A stretch of 64,000 nt of DNA from Eledone cirrhosa (GCA_964016885.1 OZ024741.1:180730001-180794000), one strand, 5' to 3'. Counted from the first letter of the stretch, positions 12,510 to 26,223 are shown. Made by a program: numbers and translations. The notes: generated by a model from the sequence alone, not told the origin.

Positions 12510-12945
12510 TATTAGATGCAAAATTTTTGGAATGTTTTACATATTTTTACTGTTCCATTAATGGATTGTACTTGTAGTTTCCAAACTAGTTGTGTTCTTT
12601 CTGTTCCTGTGAAGCCTAGCTTCTCAAGATTTGTATTGAGGGAGTTACTAACATATCCCAGTGCCCCAATAATCACAGGCATAAATCTGAAGGTGTAATC
12701 AGGGTGGAGTATCTGCAGATTTCTCATCAGTTCTGCATAAATATTCTCCTTTTCACTAATCTTTGATATTATATTGGCATCTGCTGGGCAGCTAATTTCT
12801 ACTACTGTGCATGTTTTCTTCTCCCTGTCCCATATCATAATATCTGGTCTGTTATGCCTGCATTTTATTGGAGCTTTTACTGGAACATTCCACCAGTACT
12901 CTTTCATATTATGTACATAGATGTCTTCCACATTGTTGTAGCTTT
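12510..12945 (-). mobile_element. Second, divergent R4/Dong-like RLE domain fragment
   Basis: ORF 12512..12931: EYWWN..HNRPDIMIWD..VVEISCPAD..EKENIY..PVIIGALG. Confidence 0.85.
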
Positions 12946-13339
12946 TAATGTGTTTATTATTATCTATGTATGTGTGTGTGTATGTATGTATCTATGTGTG
13001 TGTGTGTGTGTATGAATGCATGCACACTTCTATGTATCTATCTGTGTGCATGTACCTACATATGTATAGATGTATATGTGCGTGTGTCTATGTATGTATG
13101 AGTGTGTGTGTGTCTATGTGTGTATCTATGTAGGTATGTGGGTGTACTCTATAGTGTCTGTTATATATTAAACAATGCCATCTACAGTAAAGTGGGCTCC
13201 CTGTCTGAAATATGCTATTGCAAGGTCATATTTTAGGTATTAGATGGATCCTAGAGTTTGGTTTAGTTTGTTTCATATTCTTTATTGATTATAAAAGAAA
13301 TTGCTATGGTAAAATTGGAAACTTTTGCAGTTATCATCC

Positions 13340-13780
13340 TTTTACATCCTCTTTTCCATGGACGTGTCTTTACCAGTACAGCTGTTCCTTTATCATCTCC
13401 TCTGTTAGGTTTAGCATTTTAGGATCTGACTCCTACTACATCTGCCTAGGTCTTCCTTGGCCTTTTCTTTCTACTGGGAACTCCTGACACTTCTTTACAT
13501 AACAGTCATTATTCATATGCATTACATCTCCATACCAATGCAGTTTTGCACACTTCATTTGATTTCTGTTATACCTAGTTTTCCTCTCAGCCCATCCATG
13601 CTTTGCCATTCATGCATATTAACATCATGCTTCCATGGTAGCATACTTGGTTCATTTTTCTTCAGCCTCTGCATAACCTTTGCATCTCCCTCTTCCAAGC
13701 TACATCATGCTTCACATGCTGGCCTTTTGTTTGCAGGGAGAAACATTTTGTTGTCAGCAGAGGCAATAGTTCTCTAAGTT
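13340..13780 (-). mobile_element. Degraded RTE-clade LINE fragment
   Basis: Similar by eye to the reverse complement of 48660-49100 and to 24700-25150. Confidence 0.5.
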
Positions 13781-14577
13781 TTTATTAAATAAATTTGTGA
13801 CAGTGGTCTCAGGTGTGGAAACTTAATGATTAAATGAAGGGTTATACAAGTTGATATTTCCTATTTTTGCATTAGCCCTTCTGATTTCAAACCATCAGAA
13901 ACATCTCCTGATTCTATGTTACAAAGCTCTTTTAATGTGTTTATACCTTTCTAGAAAACCCTTCCATTATAATTTTATGTTCAGAACTCCAGCTTAATAA
14001 TGAAGAATTTTATTTTATCAAATCCTTCTAAATTATTTTCAAATTATTTGAAACACATAGGCAATGTACTTAATTAGAAATATATTAACAAAAGAGTTAA
14101 TACTTGTGAGTTATCTTGTCTGAGTTTTCTGTATGGGGAGAATTGTGAATTATGTAAGCCCTATGTAACATCAAGATAGCTTCTAGTCTTAAGATGAAAC
14201 TTAACTGTTAGTTTTAAGTTGAGTTCAGTAAAAAGGATACACTATTTATTTATGTTTCTATGTAGAAGAATGTGCTCATCTCTGTATAAGCTTTTGAAGA
14301 TATGTGGTAACTTAGCATGTAAGCAGTGAAGGATACACAGTTGTGATACACAAGCTCTTATTCAGGGGATACCCAGGAAATACCTTAGGATATGTTGACT
14401 TGTTCTTGGTAACATCATATTTATTTGGTTTTGCATCATGTATACCATGTCTTTTACACACACACACATACACACATTCTCTCTCTCTCTAAATGAATTC
14501 CAGATTAAAGTATCTTTAATTCTTTAATTCTCAGCAATGTGTATTGTGTTAATGTCCCTTTATTTTCTGTCTTTCAG

Positions 14578-14688
14578 GGAATACTGTAAGCAATATTGTA
14601 ATGATAATACCACCAGTGTTTCTTGCTGTATTGGCAATGAGGCAGAAACTTGAGATGAGGCTGCTCATGTGTAATATTAGTCTGTTAA
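14578..14688 (+). CDS. ACER3: Alkaline ceramidase 3 orthologue, internal exon (equivalent to human coding exon 2)
   Basis: Polypyrimidine tract + ctttcag acceptor, gtaagt donor; 111 bp, phase 1/1; translates (W)NTVSNIVMIIPPVFLAVLAMRQKLEMRLLMCNISLL, matching recalled human ACER3 WNTVSNLIMIIPP. Confidence 0.93.
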
Positions 14689-15649
14689 GTAAGTAAATTA
14701 CACTTTCTTTTCTTTTTAACTGTATCTTCTTCCACTCTTTCTATTTTATTTTATTGCTTTTAACCATTATATTTATTTTATCACTTTCCCCTTCTTTCTT
14801 TCATCTTACTTCTATTACTTTATCGTTTCTTTGTATTTTGTCTTTTTGCATTTCTTTTGTATTTTATCACTTTATTCCTATTTCTTTTATCCGGCCTTTT
14901 CTTTTACTTTCTCATTTTTACCTTTTACTCTATCTCTTAATCTTTTACATTTAACCTATCTCTTTCCTTTTATCTATTTTATTTCTATCTCTAACTCTAA
15001 CTAGATTCACTCCATTAATTTATCTGATAATCTTAACTCCTTTACCTTTATTGTTACATTTTTTCTTCTCATGTTCTAACCTGCATTTTTACTTTATCTT
15101 ATTTTCATTTCATGATAATGCTGTGAGTTTATTTTATAATATTCATAAGATGAATTTGAAGGTGCACAGACCTTAGCATGTTGGGTTCATGAATGCAGAG
15201 CTATCAAATCTCCTCGTTCGATGGGGAGATCTCTCATCCACTTAGGGGTGGGTGACAGATGTCTTCTCTTGTGAAAATGGGTATAGCTTTCATTAAGTAA
15301 AACTCTCCAATTTTGCCTCATTTTTCCTCGTGTTGGGGCCCTTTTTTTCATGTTACTCCCCATTTGGGTTTTTAGAGGTTAGCCAGTATGAATGTAAGTT
15401 TGTTTTTTGGATTGAGTGAGACATTGTGTCCTAAAGTAAGATTTTTATTTCATGTTGCTCCAGTGCACTCATGTGGAAAAAAACGAGTACCAGTAGCAAG
15501 CAAGCGTTAATATTGTGACAGATTGATGTGTTGTTTTGTGGGCAGACTTGTACTTTCAATTACTTAACACCAATAAAACAGTGATAAGCTTCAACTGGGT
15601 AAGCTTCTAGGCTTCAGACAGACTTTAACTATGCCAAACAGGTAGAAAG

Positions 15650-15835
15650 TAGACCACAAGCTAAGTAGTGGCTGTTTTCTGATAGGTTTATCTTTGAACC
15701 TATAGCAGTTGAAATATCTGATGTTTCAGGTCCCTAAACCACCTCCCGATTTACTGTGATTCGGTAGGCCATTCACAATAAATATTCTTGTAAGCTCAAC
15801 TGGTTCCTTCAGTGCTTTTCCCTAGCTATCCTCAA
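15650..15835 (+). mobile_element. CRE-like non-LTR 3' fragment
   Basis: Translates DRFIFEPIAVEIS.V.GP then NWFLQ; same motif set as 3700-4010. Confidence 0.5.
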
Positions 15836-16377
15836 TCTGTGGCCCTAGGGCTGCTTGCGCCCTTAAGGTTGTTTAGTGTGGCCCTCAGAACAAGAAAAGA
15901 ATTATGCTCTTATCCAGCTGATTGCACATAGCCAGTAACTGCATGAGAAGAATTTTGGCTACGTTTCAAATATTTGCGGCAATTTTTATGTAAATTCAAA
16001 CTACTTTGCAAAGTAATAGTAGTAATATTCCGTCTACCTCTTGGTCTCTCTGCCTGTCTGTCACACTTCATATGTATATATGTGTGTGTATTCTGTGTGT
16101 GTGTGTGGAAAAAATTCAACATATAGGCAACATAACTTCAAAGAGGGACAAAAAACGTTTGTGTGTGTTTCTCTATGTCCTTCAACATATAGATAATATG
16201 ACAGACTTCAAAAAACTTTCTCGTAAAAAAAAAGTGTGTCTAATGGGTTTAAGAGAAAGTCAGTAATCATAAAAAGGTGAAGTCTTCAATAGTATGGATA
16301 ATTCTAATATGCGACCTTCATCTAAATTTGAAATGTTAATGTGGCCCTTTAATGCAAAAAGGTTCGGAGACCTCTGC
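15830..16377. mobile_element. hAT/Charlie-like non-autonomous element
   Basis: Left ctcaatctgtggccc, repeated tgtggccc subterminal motifs, right aaaaaggttcggagacctctg. Confidence 0.5.
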
Positions 16378-17388
16378 TCTAAGGTAACGTATTCAGAGTT
16401 CTGTCCATCAGGACCATAAAGCAACATCTGTCTGATAATCCACAAAGGAGATGAAAGCCTATTAGATTACATATATATTTAGCAGAACATTTTTTGTCTT
16501 TCTTGTTGTAAACAACAACATATTATTAATTGAGCTTATGAAGGAGCTGCTACATGGTCATTCGATCTGTTAGAAATATCAGCCAAATCTCCTCTAATCA
16601 TATCATACCTTCTTAAAAATGGAAGGATACATTGGACAATGTAGACATAAATAAAGAAGTTAAAGTTTGTCCTAAAGCCAAGGTACATCAGGCTGGAGCT
16701 TATCTCAGTTTCATTAGCATTAAGTGATTGAAAGTAGAAGACTCCTTCTTCTGAATGAGAGTTAATCCTCAGCTATTACTAGTCCTCATTTTGTCAGCTG
16801 ACTGGACTGAAACAGCATGAAATGAAGTGCCTTTACATGTATTTGTATATTTATGACTTTACAGTCAATAATATACAAAAAGACAGGTTGTTCACAACAA
16901 ACAGATTAGAGCAAAGAGTGTTATTGGTCTGGAGTGACCTTAGGTTAAACAGTAACAGCAACTACCACACATACTTGATCTAACTCTCCTATATTAAATT
17001 TATTCAAAGTTTGGAGGGATTATCAAACTTGTATTTGGAACATAACTTAATAAAGGTTATTACATGAAATTATTATGGAAGGTTCTTAGATGTAAACACT
17101 TTAATATGAATAGCTTAGTATCACAAAAACCAAGGGTGGTTTCAGGTGGTTTGGTATCAAGTATTCATTTCTCAGTTTATACAAGGAATATAACATATTA
17201 TAAGCTGTGGTCCTACTCTTCCTTGAGTATGTAGACATGGATTAAACCAGCTGTTTTTTAAACCATTTTTGTACCAAACTGCCTGAAACTGCTCCTGGTT
17301 CTATGATACTAAGGTGTTTATACTGTTTATTGTCATCAACATCACTGTTTTATGTCTATTTTCCACACTTGCATGGATTAATAGTGGA

Positions 17389-17616
17389 TTAACCCTTTAG
17401 CATTCACATTACTATATATATACTATTATATTTTCATGGTAAATGCTTTATCTCACATAATTATCTCACATAATATTGAATCTATGAGATTTTGAAAGTA
17501 TTTATTTTGAAAACAATAGCTTAATATCAGTTTGAGTGACCAGTTACAGCCAGTTTCAACAGAAAAAGGTAGAGAATTCTGACCGGTTTTGGCTGGTTTC
17601 AACATTAAAGGGTTAA
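17389..17616 (-). mobile_element. TTAA-flanked MITE family 1, complete
   Basis: ttaaccctttagcattc ... aacattaaagggttaa; interior is the reverse complement of 4192-4420. Confidence 0.75.
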
Positions 17617-18059
17617 CAATGGTTGGGTCATCACACTCTGTGGCTAGACAGGTAGATCAAATGAGTGTGTCTTGCTTATATTCATGCTTGTGTTTATGTT
17701 TGGTGTATATCTGCATGCAGGTGACTGCATACACGTGTGGTTGTGTATATATGTGTCTCCATGTCTTGTGTGCATATGTGTGTATGTCTGCATGTGTATG
17801 TATATCGACATGTGTGTATGTATGCCATATGCTACTATTGTGGTTGTGAGTTGTTAATAAATTGTTTATCAGTAAAACAAGTGATTACTATTTCCATTCT
17901 GTATTATTTCTTAAGAATCACCTCAACCATAATGGAAGCTAAGAACAATAGGATTTAAGTAAATATGTTTATGAAAAACATTTCTCATTGATATTTTTGG
18001 CAACTGGTTATTTTTCTTGACCTTAATACTTTGCTGAGACATTGAGGCTATTTAAAAGA

Positions 18060-18250
18060 ATAATTGTTTCTACTTTTGGCACAAGGCCAGCAATTATCCC
18101 AGTGCATTACTGGTACTTTATTTTATTGACCCCGTAAGGATGAGCGGCAAAGTTAACCTCGGTGGGATTTGAAATCAGACCGCAAAGGGACATAACTCTA
18201 TGCTAGAAAGCATGGTGTCCGACCCTCTACCGATACTGCCAATCCACCAT
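18060..18250 (-). mobile_element. tRNA-derived SINE (short-tail subtype)
   Basis: Near full-length reverse complement of 37477-37670. Confidence 0.9.
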
Positions 18251-20847
18251 TATTTAAAGGAATATCTTTTATTCACGCTCAGAATTTGATTTTTTGTTTT
18301 TTTTTGTTTTTAATCATCGTTTTAACGTCCACTTTCCCTGCTAGCAAAGGTTGGATAGATCCACATAGACCAAGTCAGTACTGAAGTGGGGCTACTGATC
18401 TCTGAGACAGACCAGAGATTTGCATCTATTTATGTATGGTCCCACATTCTACCTAGTGCACAAGAGAGGTTGTCATGTCTTTGACACAACTGAAAGGTCC
18501 TCCCAACCCTTGCTTGGCAAGCTTTTTATGGTTGGATGTCCTTCCTATCACAAATCCCTTTACAGTATGTACTGGGTGCATTTATCATGTAGGCCACCAA
18601 CAGTAGAGAGGTTGCTGTACCCTAGCATGACTGAAGTGTCCTCTCAACACACATATATGTTAAGTATTTCCGTAGAAAAGGCAATTAAATAAATATATAT
18701 ATATACATAAATTATAATGAAGATGCGGAATCCCAAAGGCGAGCCCAGCTGTTTAAATTTTATTTCTACAAGTATTTTCAAAATACTTGTGGAAATGAAG
18801 TTGAAATTGCTCATCACACTGTTAATTGCTTCAGGTGGAATATTTGTCATCAAGGGTAGTGGCTTGATGGAACTGTTAGAGCTTTGTATGAGGTGCTTTA
18901 TATGCAGTATCTGTTCTTGCTGCCTACAATCTGAGTTGCACAAGGTACTTATTCTGATTACCTTGTGTAATCTGCACCTGGATAGTTTGGACAAATAGGT
19001 ATAAAAGCAGCATAGTTGTTAAGGCTTCATATAACAGTAGATTAACTATGATTGCGTAGTAGCAATACATTTAGCTTGTGAACTGTCTCTCTGTTGCAGC
19101 TACCTACCTCTTTCTACTGCACCAAAGATGACAGAATACTTATCTTCTTTTTTCTTTATCAACTGATGCAACTAGACATTCACAAACCAACTGTTTGGCA
19201 TTGTGACATCATTGCACAAAGTAAAAAAAAAAAAGAAATGTTTGTGTTAAAACCTGTTTTTACAGTTGTTATTACATGCTATCATCTCACTGAAGAAAAG
19301 AAGAAAAGATGAGAAAAGAATGCACATTGCTATTGAAATCAGCACAAGGATAATGAAATCTTGTCACACTCACCTGAGGCTAGAATGTTTGTTATTGTCT
19401 CTTATTATTAAATATCTGTTATTTGATTGTTACTTAAAATAGTAGTTCCAAACTTGGAGACCAACGAAAGTATTGCTGGAGATCTCTAAGCAAAGTTCAA
19501 AATTTTAAGTACTTTGTAAAAAATATATTATGTACAGGCTGTTGGGTATCTAGTCTTCTCTAAGTGTAAACATTTGTCCCTTTCTATTGTTAATCTTTTT
19601 GTTCAACAATCTGGGAGGGGCTCAATTGTAATGAAATATCTTTGAGAAAATCAATTTCAATGAAAAGATTAACAATTGCTGTCTTAAAATATCATTAATC
19701 CATAAATACAATTGCAATATTTTGAAGGTCTAAGAGATGAAACGAACACATTTGTATTATATATGTTGTCCCCTTTTATTTAAGACTGATTCAGAGGAAG
19801 ATGAGCAATACCTATGTGTATTTTTAAGGCCCCTCAGACAGATAGAAGAAAGGAACAATGTTATTTTCAGATCCAAGACTTTGCTCAGATGGTTGCAACA
19901 GAGTGCATTTTACTGAAAGAACCCAAGGAGCAAGGAGTGGTAGTTGAACTGGGCAACATGTTAAACATACTACTCAAATACAAGAACAGTTCTGCTAGAA
20001 ATAGCAGCCAAATCTCTATCAAATGATATTCTGCAATGTAAACAAAAGAAGACCACATTTGGATGATGTGATTCTTGATGCACTGGGGCTGAAAAAAACA
20101 AAACAAATAGAATGGTCATAATTTGAACACTGTTAACTACATATATGCTGAATTGGATCTGAACTGGTGTTAAACAAATCACAATGTCTAAAATACAAAA
20201 TTAAAAAAAACAACATAACAGCAGGCAAACAAATGAAAGACAAAACATTGATGTTCCTTAACTCTGTAAATATCTGAAACAGTTACTGCCAATAAGATTA
20301 ATATTTTCCAGACTACTAACATCATATTAAGGAGAGGGGTTAATAGTGTGATATAAACATTGTTTTCTATTATAGGCACTTAGTTAGAAAGAAATTATGT
20401 GGGTGGGAACAGTTGATTTTATCGACTCCAGAAGAATGAAAGACATTTATATATTATAGTCACTGCAGATTATTACTATAAAAACTACGTAATATGACGG
20501 TTGCTTCCTGATGATGTATGTCATCCTTATACCGTTGTAGCAGGCTGGTGGTGGTTTCACCAGAAGGGTTTGGACATGATTTAAAAGAATGGATGTGATT
20601 TTTATTTTCCCTTGTGTGGTATGGGTTTGATGAATGAGCTCAAATATAGGTTTATCAGTTAAGTTTGGTTGAGTCTGTGGATACCTTTGGTTCATTCTAG
20701 ATGTATTTACATTCAAATAAAGGTAATTGACTGTCTTAGTGATGTATATGTCTTACCGTGTGAGCTGAGTTCCCTGTTGACAGGCTTCTGGCATAAAGGT
20801 CCCAATGTGGAATTTTATGTTCATGTTAAGATGATTGAGGGTCTTAT

Positions 20848-20985
20848 ATATATATAAAACTGATGTTGTCTGTGTGTGTGTGTGTTCTCATTTTTACAAA
20901 GTCTATACAAATCCACATTTCTACTCCGATTGACTTCAAACTTGCATTTATATATTCTTGATATTATATGGTAGAATATTAAATG
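20848..20985 (+). mobile_element. 5' fragment of the Helitron-like family at 31177-32370
   Basis: aaagtctatacaaatccacatttctactccgattgacttcaaacttgc is the reverse complement of about 32268-32316. Confidence 0.7.
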
Positions 20986-22099
20986 TCAAGTGTTAATTGA
21001 TCAAGTACTTTCATGCTTTCGCAATCTTCAGGTTCAATTCTGTGGTGACAGTCAAGTTTGCATGCAAACTTGGTCACTTGACTAGACTTACCTCTAATGG
21101 GACAACACCTCCAACCCATGCTAGCATGGAAAATGTATGTTAAATGATGATGAGGAAGATGATGATGATATATATATATATATATGTGTGTGAAGAAACC
21201 ATACCAAAAAAGGGTTGGGGAGACTTTTCTGTCGCATATGAAGGATATGAAGGCCTCATGGTCCTGTAAAGTGATTGGTTGGCAATAAGAAAGGCATCCT
21301 GATCTAGAAACCATATAAAAACTGGAAAGTATGTGAGATGTGGTCTCTCAACCTGTCTAGGAGACATGTAGCTCCAGTTACGTAATGACTTGGCCACTAG
21401 CAAACTGTCTACCCAATACCAGCATAGAAATGGGATCTAAAATGATATGTGTGTATGTGTGCATGCATATGCATGTGAATGTGTGTGTGTGTATGTGTAT
21501 GTGTGCATGCATGTATATGTGTATGAGTATATGTGTGTATGTTTTGTGTGCATGCATGTATATGTGTGTATGCTATGTGTGTATGTTTGTGCATGCATGT
21601 ATGCGTGTATATGTGTGTATGTTTATGTGTGTGCATATGTATGTGTATGTGTGTGTGTGTGTGATTTCTGAAATAAATATACTGACACATGTAATTACAT
21701 ACATTACCTACATATGAATACTAATGTATTCATAAAAGCTCAAGTATCTACTGATTGAAGAGTATGTGAGTGTGTGTATGTGTAGATATTGCATAATTGA
21801 CAATATTGGTAATAAATCATTTATTTATTCATTCGTTAATGTAATTAAGGCCTTGTTAGGGAGAGGAGGGGAGAGTAAGTGATAGTGAGTAAGAAGCCAA
21901 TTACATATTAACTCTTAACATCCTAATGGATTTAGCAGAAAATATCTAAAAACGAAATGTTTATAGTATCTTTATTAATCCTCAGATCTTTGGGAAAATT
22001 TGCTGTAAACTCATAGCGCTGTTTTATATATGGGTTCATAAGGTGCAAGATGTTATGAGTTAAGTTGGAGCATTCCAAAGACCCTTTCAAGAAACCCCA

Positions 22100-22330
22100 T
22101 TTTGGTTACTTGTTTTCACAAACAAATTCTTTTTGTCATTACCCAAGATTCGGGACGATAGGTAAGGGAAAACTGCAATTAAGATAGTGAGTTTGGCTCT
22201 TACACCTCTCTCCCTTCTCCTGATAACCAAGTGCTGAAGTAGGTGAATTACTGCACCAGCTCGAGGAACTCTTGCATTTAATTCAGCCTCATGCCTTCTA
22301 TCACTTGCGAAAACAGTCCCAACATATGAA
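22100..22330 (-). mobile_element. RTE-like LINE fragment
   Basis: Minus frame gives VFASDRRHEAELNARVPRAGAV, similar to the post-RT EI..RI..A segment. Confidence 0.4.
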
Positions 22331-22403
22331 CAAATGTTTAATATGGTAATATATTGCAGTGCTTGTCAATTATATCTCTATATATTTAACCCTTTCACTA
22401 CTA

Positions 22404-23088
22404 TCTAAACTATAATAAAATAAGGAGCGCGGGACTGTGTACGGTTTATCATTTTTTATCCCATTAGTAAAATAAGTTGGATTACTTTGAATAAATAATT
22501 GTTTCTACTTTAGGCACAAGGCCAGCAATTACCCAGTGCATTACTGGTACTTTATTTTATCGACCTCGTAAGGATGAAAGGCAAAGTCAACCTCGGCGGG
22601 ATTTGAACTCAGATTGTAAAGGGACGTAACTATGCTGGAAAGCATGGTGTCCGACCCTCTACCGATACTGCCAATCCACCGCCCTGGTTTGAATAAATAA
22701 TGAATGAATATTACATAATTTATCTACTAAATTTCGTGGCTGTTGATTAAATATATTTTGTTTATTTAAAGATTCACTTCTTTAAAATTTCTGAAATGTC
22801 AACACTTCCGGTTGGCCATTGCTTAAATAAACATACTAATTTTCTGTCACTAATTTTCTCCTAATGCAGTTTATATATAATATCGTCTTTTTTAATGTAT
22901 CATGGATTACGTTACTGATTAATAAGACAGTGTAATGCAGTCTTCGTTCAATTTCTATGTATTATATATTGTCAATTACAATTTTATTTGATGTATCATA
23001 TCTACATGTATATATACCTGCATATAATATGAATATACACACTACACATGCTAGCAGAAAACCACCTGAGGGGTGGTTTTTCTGCTAG
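22404..23088 (+). mobile_element. Non-autonomous Helitron containing a SINE (22493-22685, minus)
   Basis: 5' a|TCtaaactataataaaa, 3' hairpin agcagaaaaccacc/ggtggtttttctgct ending CTAG|t; splits a MITE at an A|T site without duplication. Confidence 0.75.
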
Positions 23089-23184
23089 TATTTCTAATGA
23101 AAAACATTGCCTATGATTTCCAGTAATGAAGAATTTACAGAAATTTAGTAACATAATATAGCTAATTTTGTCTGGAATGTAAGT

Positions 23185-23955
23185 TAATAATAATTGTTTC
23201 TACGTTAGGCCAGCAATTATCCCAGTACATTACTGGTACTTTATTTTATTGACCGCGTAAGGATGAAAGGCAAAGTTAACCTTGGCGGGATTTGAACTCA
23301 GAATGGCAAGGACCGTAACTCTATACGTCAAAGCATGGCGTCCGACCCTCTTAATAATAATGTCTGGAATATAAGTTAAAGTTTCTAAAATAATACAAAC
23401 AATAAAAATATAAGATCCATGGATTTTTTTCATGTGGTTTGCTATCAAAAGTGTTACTAGCTTTCAATCACAATAATAATTCTTTCTACTTTTGGCACAA
23501 GGCCAGCAATTATCCAGTGCATTACTGGTACTTTATTTTATCGACCCCGTAAGGATGAAAGGCAAAGTTAACCTCAGCGGGATTTGAACTCAGATCGTAA
23601 AGGGCCGTAACTCTATGCTTCAAAGCATGGCGTCCAACCCTCTACCGATACTGCCAATCTGACACTCTTCAATCACAATAATAATTGTTTCTACTTTTGG
23701 TACAAGGCCAGCAATTACCCAGTGCATTACTGGTACTTTATTTTATCGACCCCCGTAAGGATGAAAGGCAAAGTTAACCTCGGCGGGATTTGAACTCAGA
23801 ATGGCAAGTTAACCTCGGTGGGATTTGAACTCAGAATGGCAAGTTAACCTCGGTGGGATTTGAACTCAGAATGGCAAGGACCGTAACTTTATACGTCAAA
23901 GCATGGCGTCCGACCCTCTACCGATACTGCCAATCCACTGCCCTCAATCACAATA
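23185..23955 (-). mobile_element. Cluster of three tRNA-derived SINEs
   Basis: Copies at about 23185-23350, 23475-23665, 23680-23944; the last has an internal 35-bp triplication. Confidence 0.9.
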
Positions 23956-24604
23956 ATAATGTTGGGCATTTATTATAACTTAATTCTAATGTATTTTCCT
24001 GGTCACAGAGGGCCTGTTAGTGCCATGGGCACAACACATGTGCCCAGACTAATTAATAGCCTCTGCATAGCCATTCAACCTGCTAGATACAACTACCAAA
24101 TTTCCCTGTAATTGCCACTTTATCATCTGAAATAAAAGAATCATTGGATACTGTTATTCCTGCAATGGTCATAGCTAGAATGTCCTTGAATATAGACCTG
24201 GAGATAAACAAAAATATTAAGTCAATATAAAAATACTGTTTATTACAGCGTGTGTGAGTGTGTGTGTGTGTGCGTGTGCGTGCGTGCAAGCAACAATGAA
24301 TGAGGGTAATGACTTGCTCAGTTATTTGGTTGCTGTTCTGTCTGCATACTGGTGGATACAAGATGCTGGTCAATCATAATTATGCTCCCGATTGAAATAA
24401 TCTTGATTAACAATCTGAAGTAGGAAAAAATGTATATGCTGTCTGGAATGTGTTCATGCATTAAAAAGTTTATTTTTAACATCATTTTACTGTTAGCTGG
24501 CTTTTATGTTTCTATTACGTGTGTATGTCTGTGTGCCATCACCATCTTCACTGTGGGGGTTATGTTTGTGTGTAATATATATATATATATATATATATAT
24601 AATA

Positions 24605-25350
24605 ATCATCATCATCATCGTTGTTTTTACGTCTGTTTTTCCATGATTGCATAGGTTAGATGGATCCTTTTCAGCACAGCTTCTCTCCACTTTCCACGTT
24701 TCTTTGTCATCCTCTCTGTGAGTCTCAGTGATTTGAGGTCAGCTCTCACCACCTCAGCCCAGGTCCTTCTCAGTCTACCTCTACTGCGACTTCCTTCTAC
24801 TAGCATTTCCTGTCACTTCTTCACGCACCAATCATCATCCATGTGCATCACATCTCCATACCAACGCAGTCTTCTTTCCTGTCCACTACCTCAGATTCCT
24901 CTTAAACCAAGTTTCTCCCTCAGTTCATCCAAGCTCTGCCTTCCTCTCACATTTACATTGCACATCCGACAAAGCATGACTGATTAATTTCTCTTCAGTC
25001 TACACATGTCTTCTGCAAACACTGCCCATGTTTCACTATCCAGCATCATTGCACTTTGCACACAGGCATCATACAGTTGTCCCGTTGTATGTAAGGAGAA
25101 ACCTCTTGTTGTCAACAGTGGGAGGAACTCTCTGAATTTTTTCCATCCTATCCCTATTCTAGCTATTATGCACTCAGAGTACCCTTTCCTCCACTGTTAA
25201 TTAAGTCAGCTAGAGAGCAGAAGCTATCAACCACTTCTATGGACCCTTCCTGTGACTTGAAGATGTTTATATCAATCCCACTCTTCCCTTTGATTATTGA
25301 TTGTTCCTGTGCATCTGTTACTCACAAAGTCTTCTTTTCCTGTTAGTCTG
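24605..25350 (-). mobile_element. RTE-clade LINE 3' fragment with (GAT)n tail
   Basis: Minus strand resembles 48550-49110 (IGWKKFRE, LRWYGDV, SRGRLR.TW); catcatcatc tail at 24605. Confidence 0.75.
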
Positions 25351-25844
25351 TTTATGAGACTTTGATATTATTTATTTTGAGAACAATACCTTAAAATCAG
25401 TATGAGTAGCAAGTTACAGCCAGTTTGAATAGAAAGAGGTGAGAGAATTCTGGCCGGATATGACTGGTTTAAATGCTAAAGGGTTAAACCAGATACATAT
25501 AGCTACAAATATGTTTATTTATCTATTTATTTATTCCATTTTCTTAATTAAAATTACAAACTATATTAGTCTCAGCGCAACTCATGCAAGCATGGAAAAG
25601 GATATGTAAGATGATGATGATGGTGATGATGATGATGATCACAAGACTAATGCTATTATCATTATGTTACATTTAATTAATAATCCAATGACTGATATTT
25701 CTCATGACTTACTGTCATTTGATTTGTTTTGATGTTGAGTGTTTTGGTTTAATGTCATGAGGGAAATAGACCTTTTGATACAGAAATAGAAATACCTTAG
25801 CAGAAAAATGATAAAAACATTTCACTAATGAGAATTTTCAGTTA

Positions 25845-26223
25845 TAATAATGGTTTCTGATTTAGGCACAAGGCCAGCAACCCTGGGGAAGAGGAAAGTT
25901 GATTAAATTGACCCCATTGTGCAATAGTATTTTATTTTATCAACCTTCAGAATGTAAAGGGCTATAACTCTCTGCTACAAAGCATGGTGTCCAACGCTCT
26001 ACCGATACTGCCAAACCACTGCCCTTTCAGTTTTAATAATTGTTTCAACTTTTGGCACAAGGCCAGCAATTACCCAGTGTATTACTGGTACTTTATTTTA
26101 TCGACCCCGTAAGGATGAAAGGCAAAGTTAACCTCGGCGGGATTTGAACTCGGATCGTAAAGGGACGTAACTACACTGGAAAGCATGTCCGACCCTCTAC
26201 CGATACTGCCAATCCACCGCCCT
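25845..26223 (-). mobile_element. Two adjacent tRNA-derived SINEs
   Basis: Long-tail copy about 25845-26025 and short-tail copy about 26035-26223. Confidence 0.85.

Noticed and set aside
18644-18998. Overlapping 116-aa and 93-aa ORFs with a small hairpin (tttctacaagtattt/aaatacttgtggaaa)
   Set aside because: No recognisable domain or convincing splice sites; probably an unclassified repeat remnant next to (TA)n
20480-20560. cCTGATGA hammerhead-like core
   Set aside because: No correctly placed GAAA, stem III or cleavage triplet downstream
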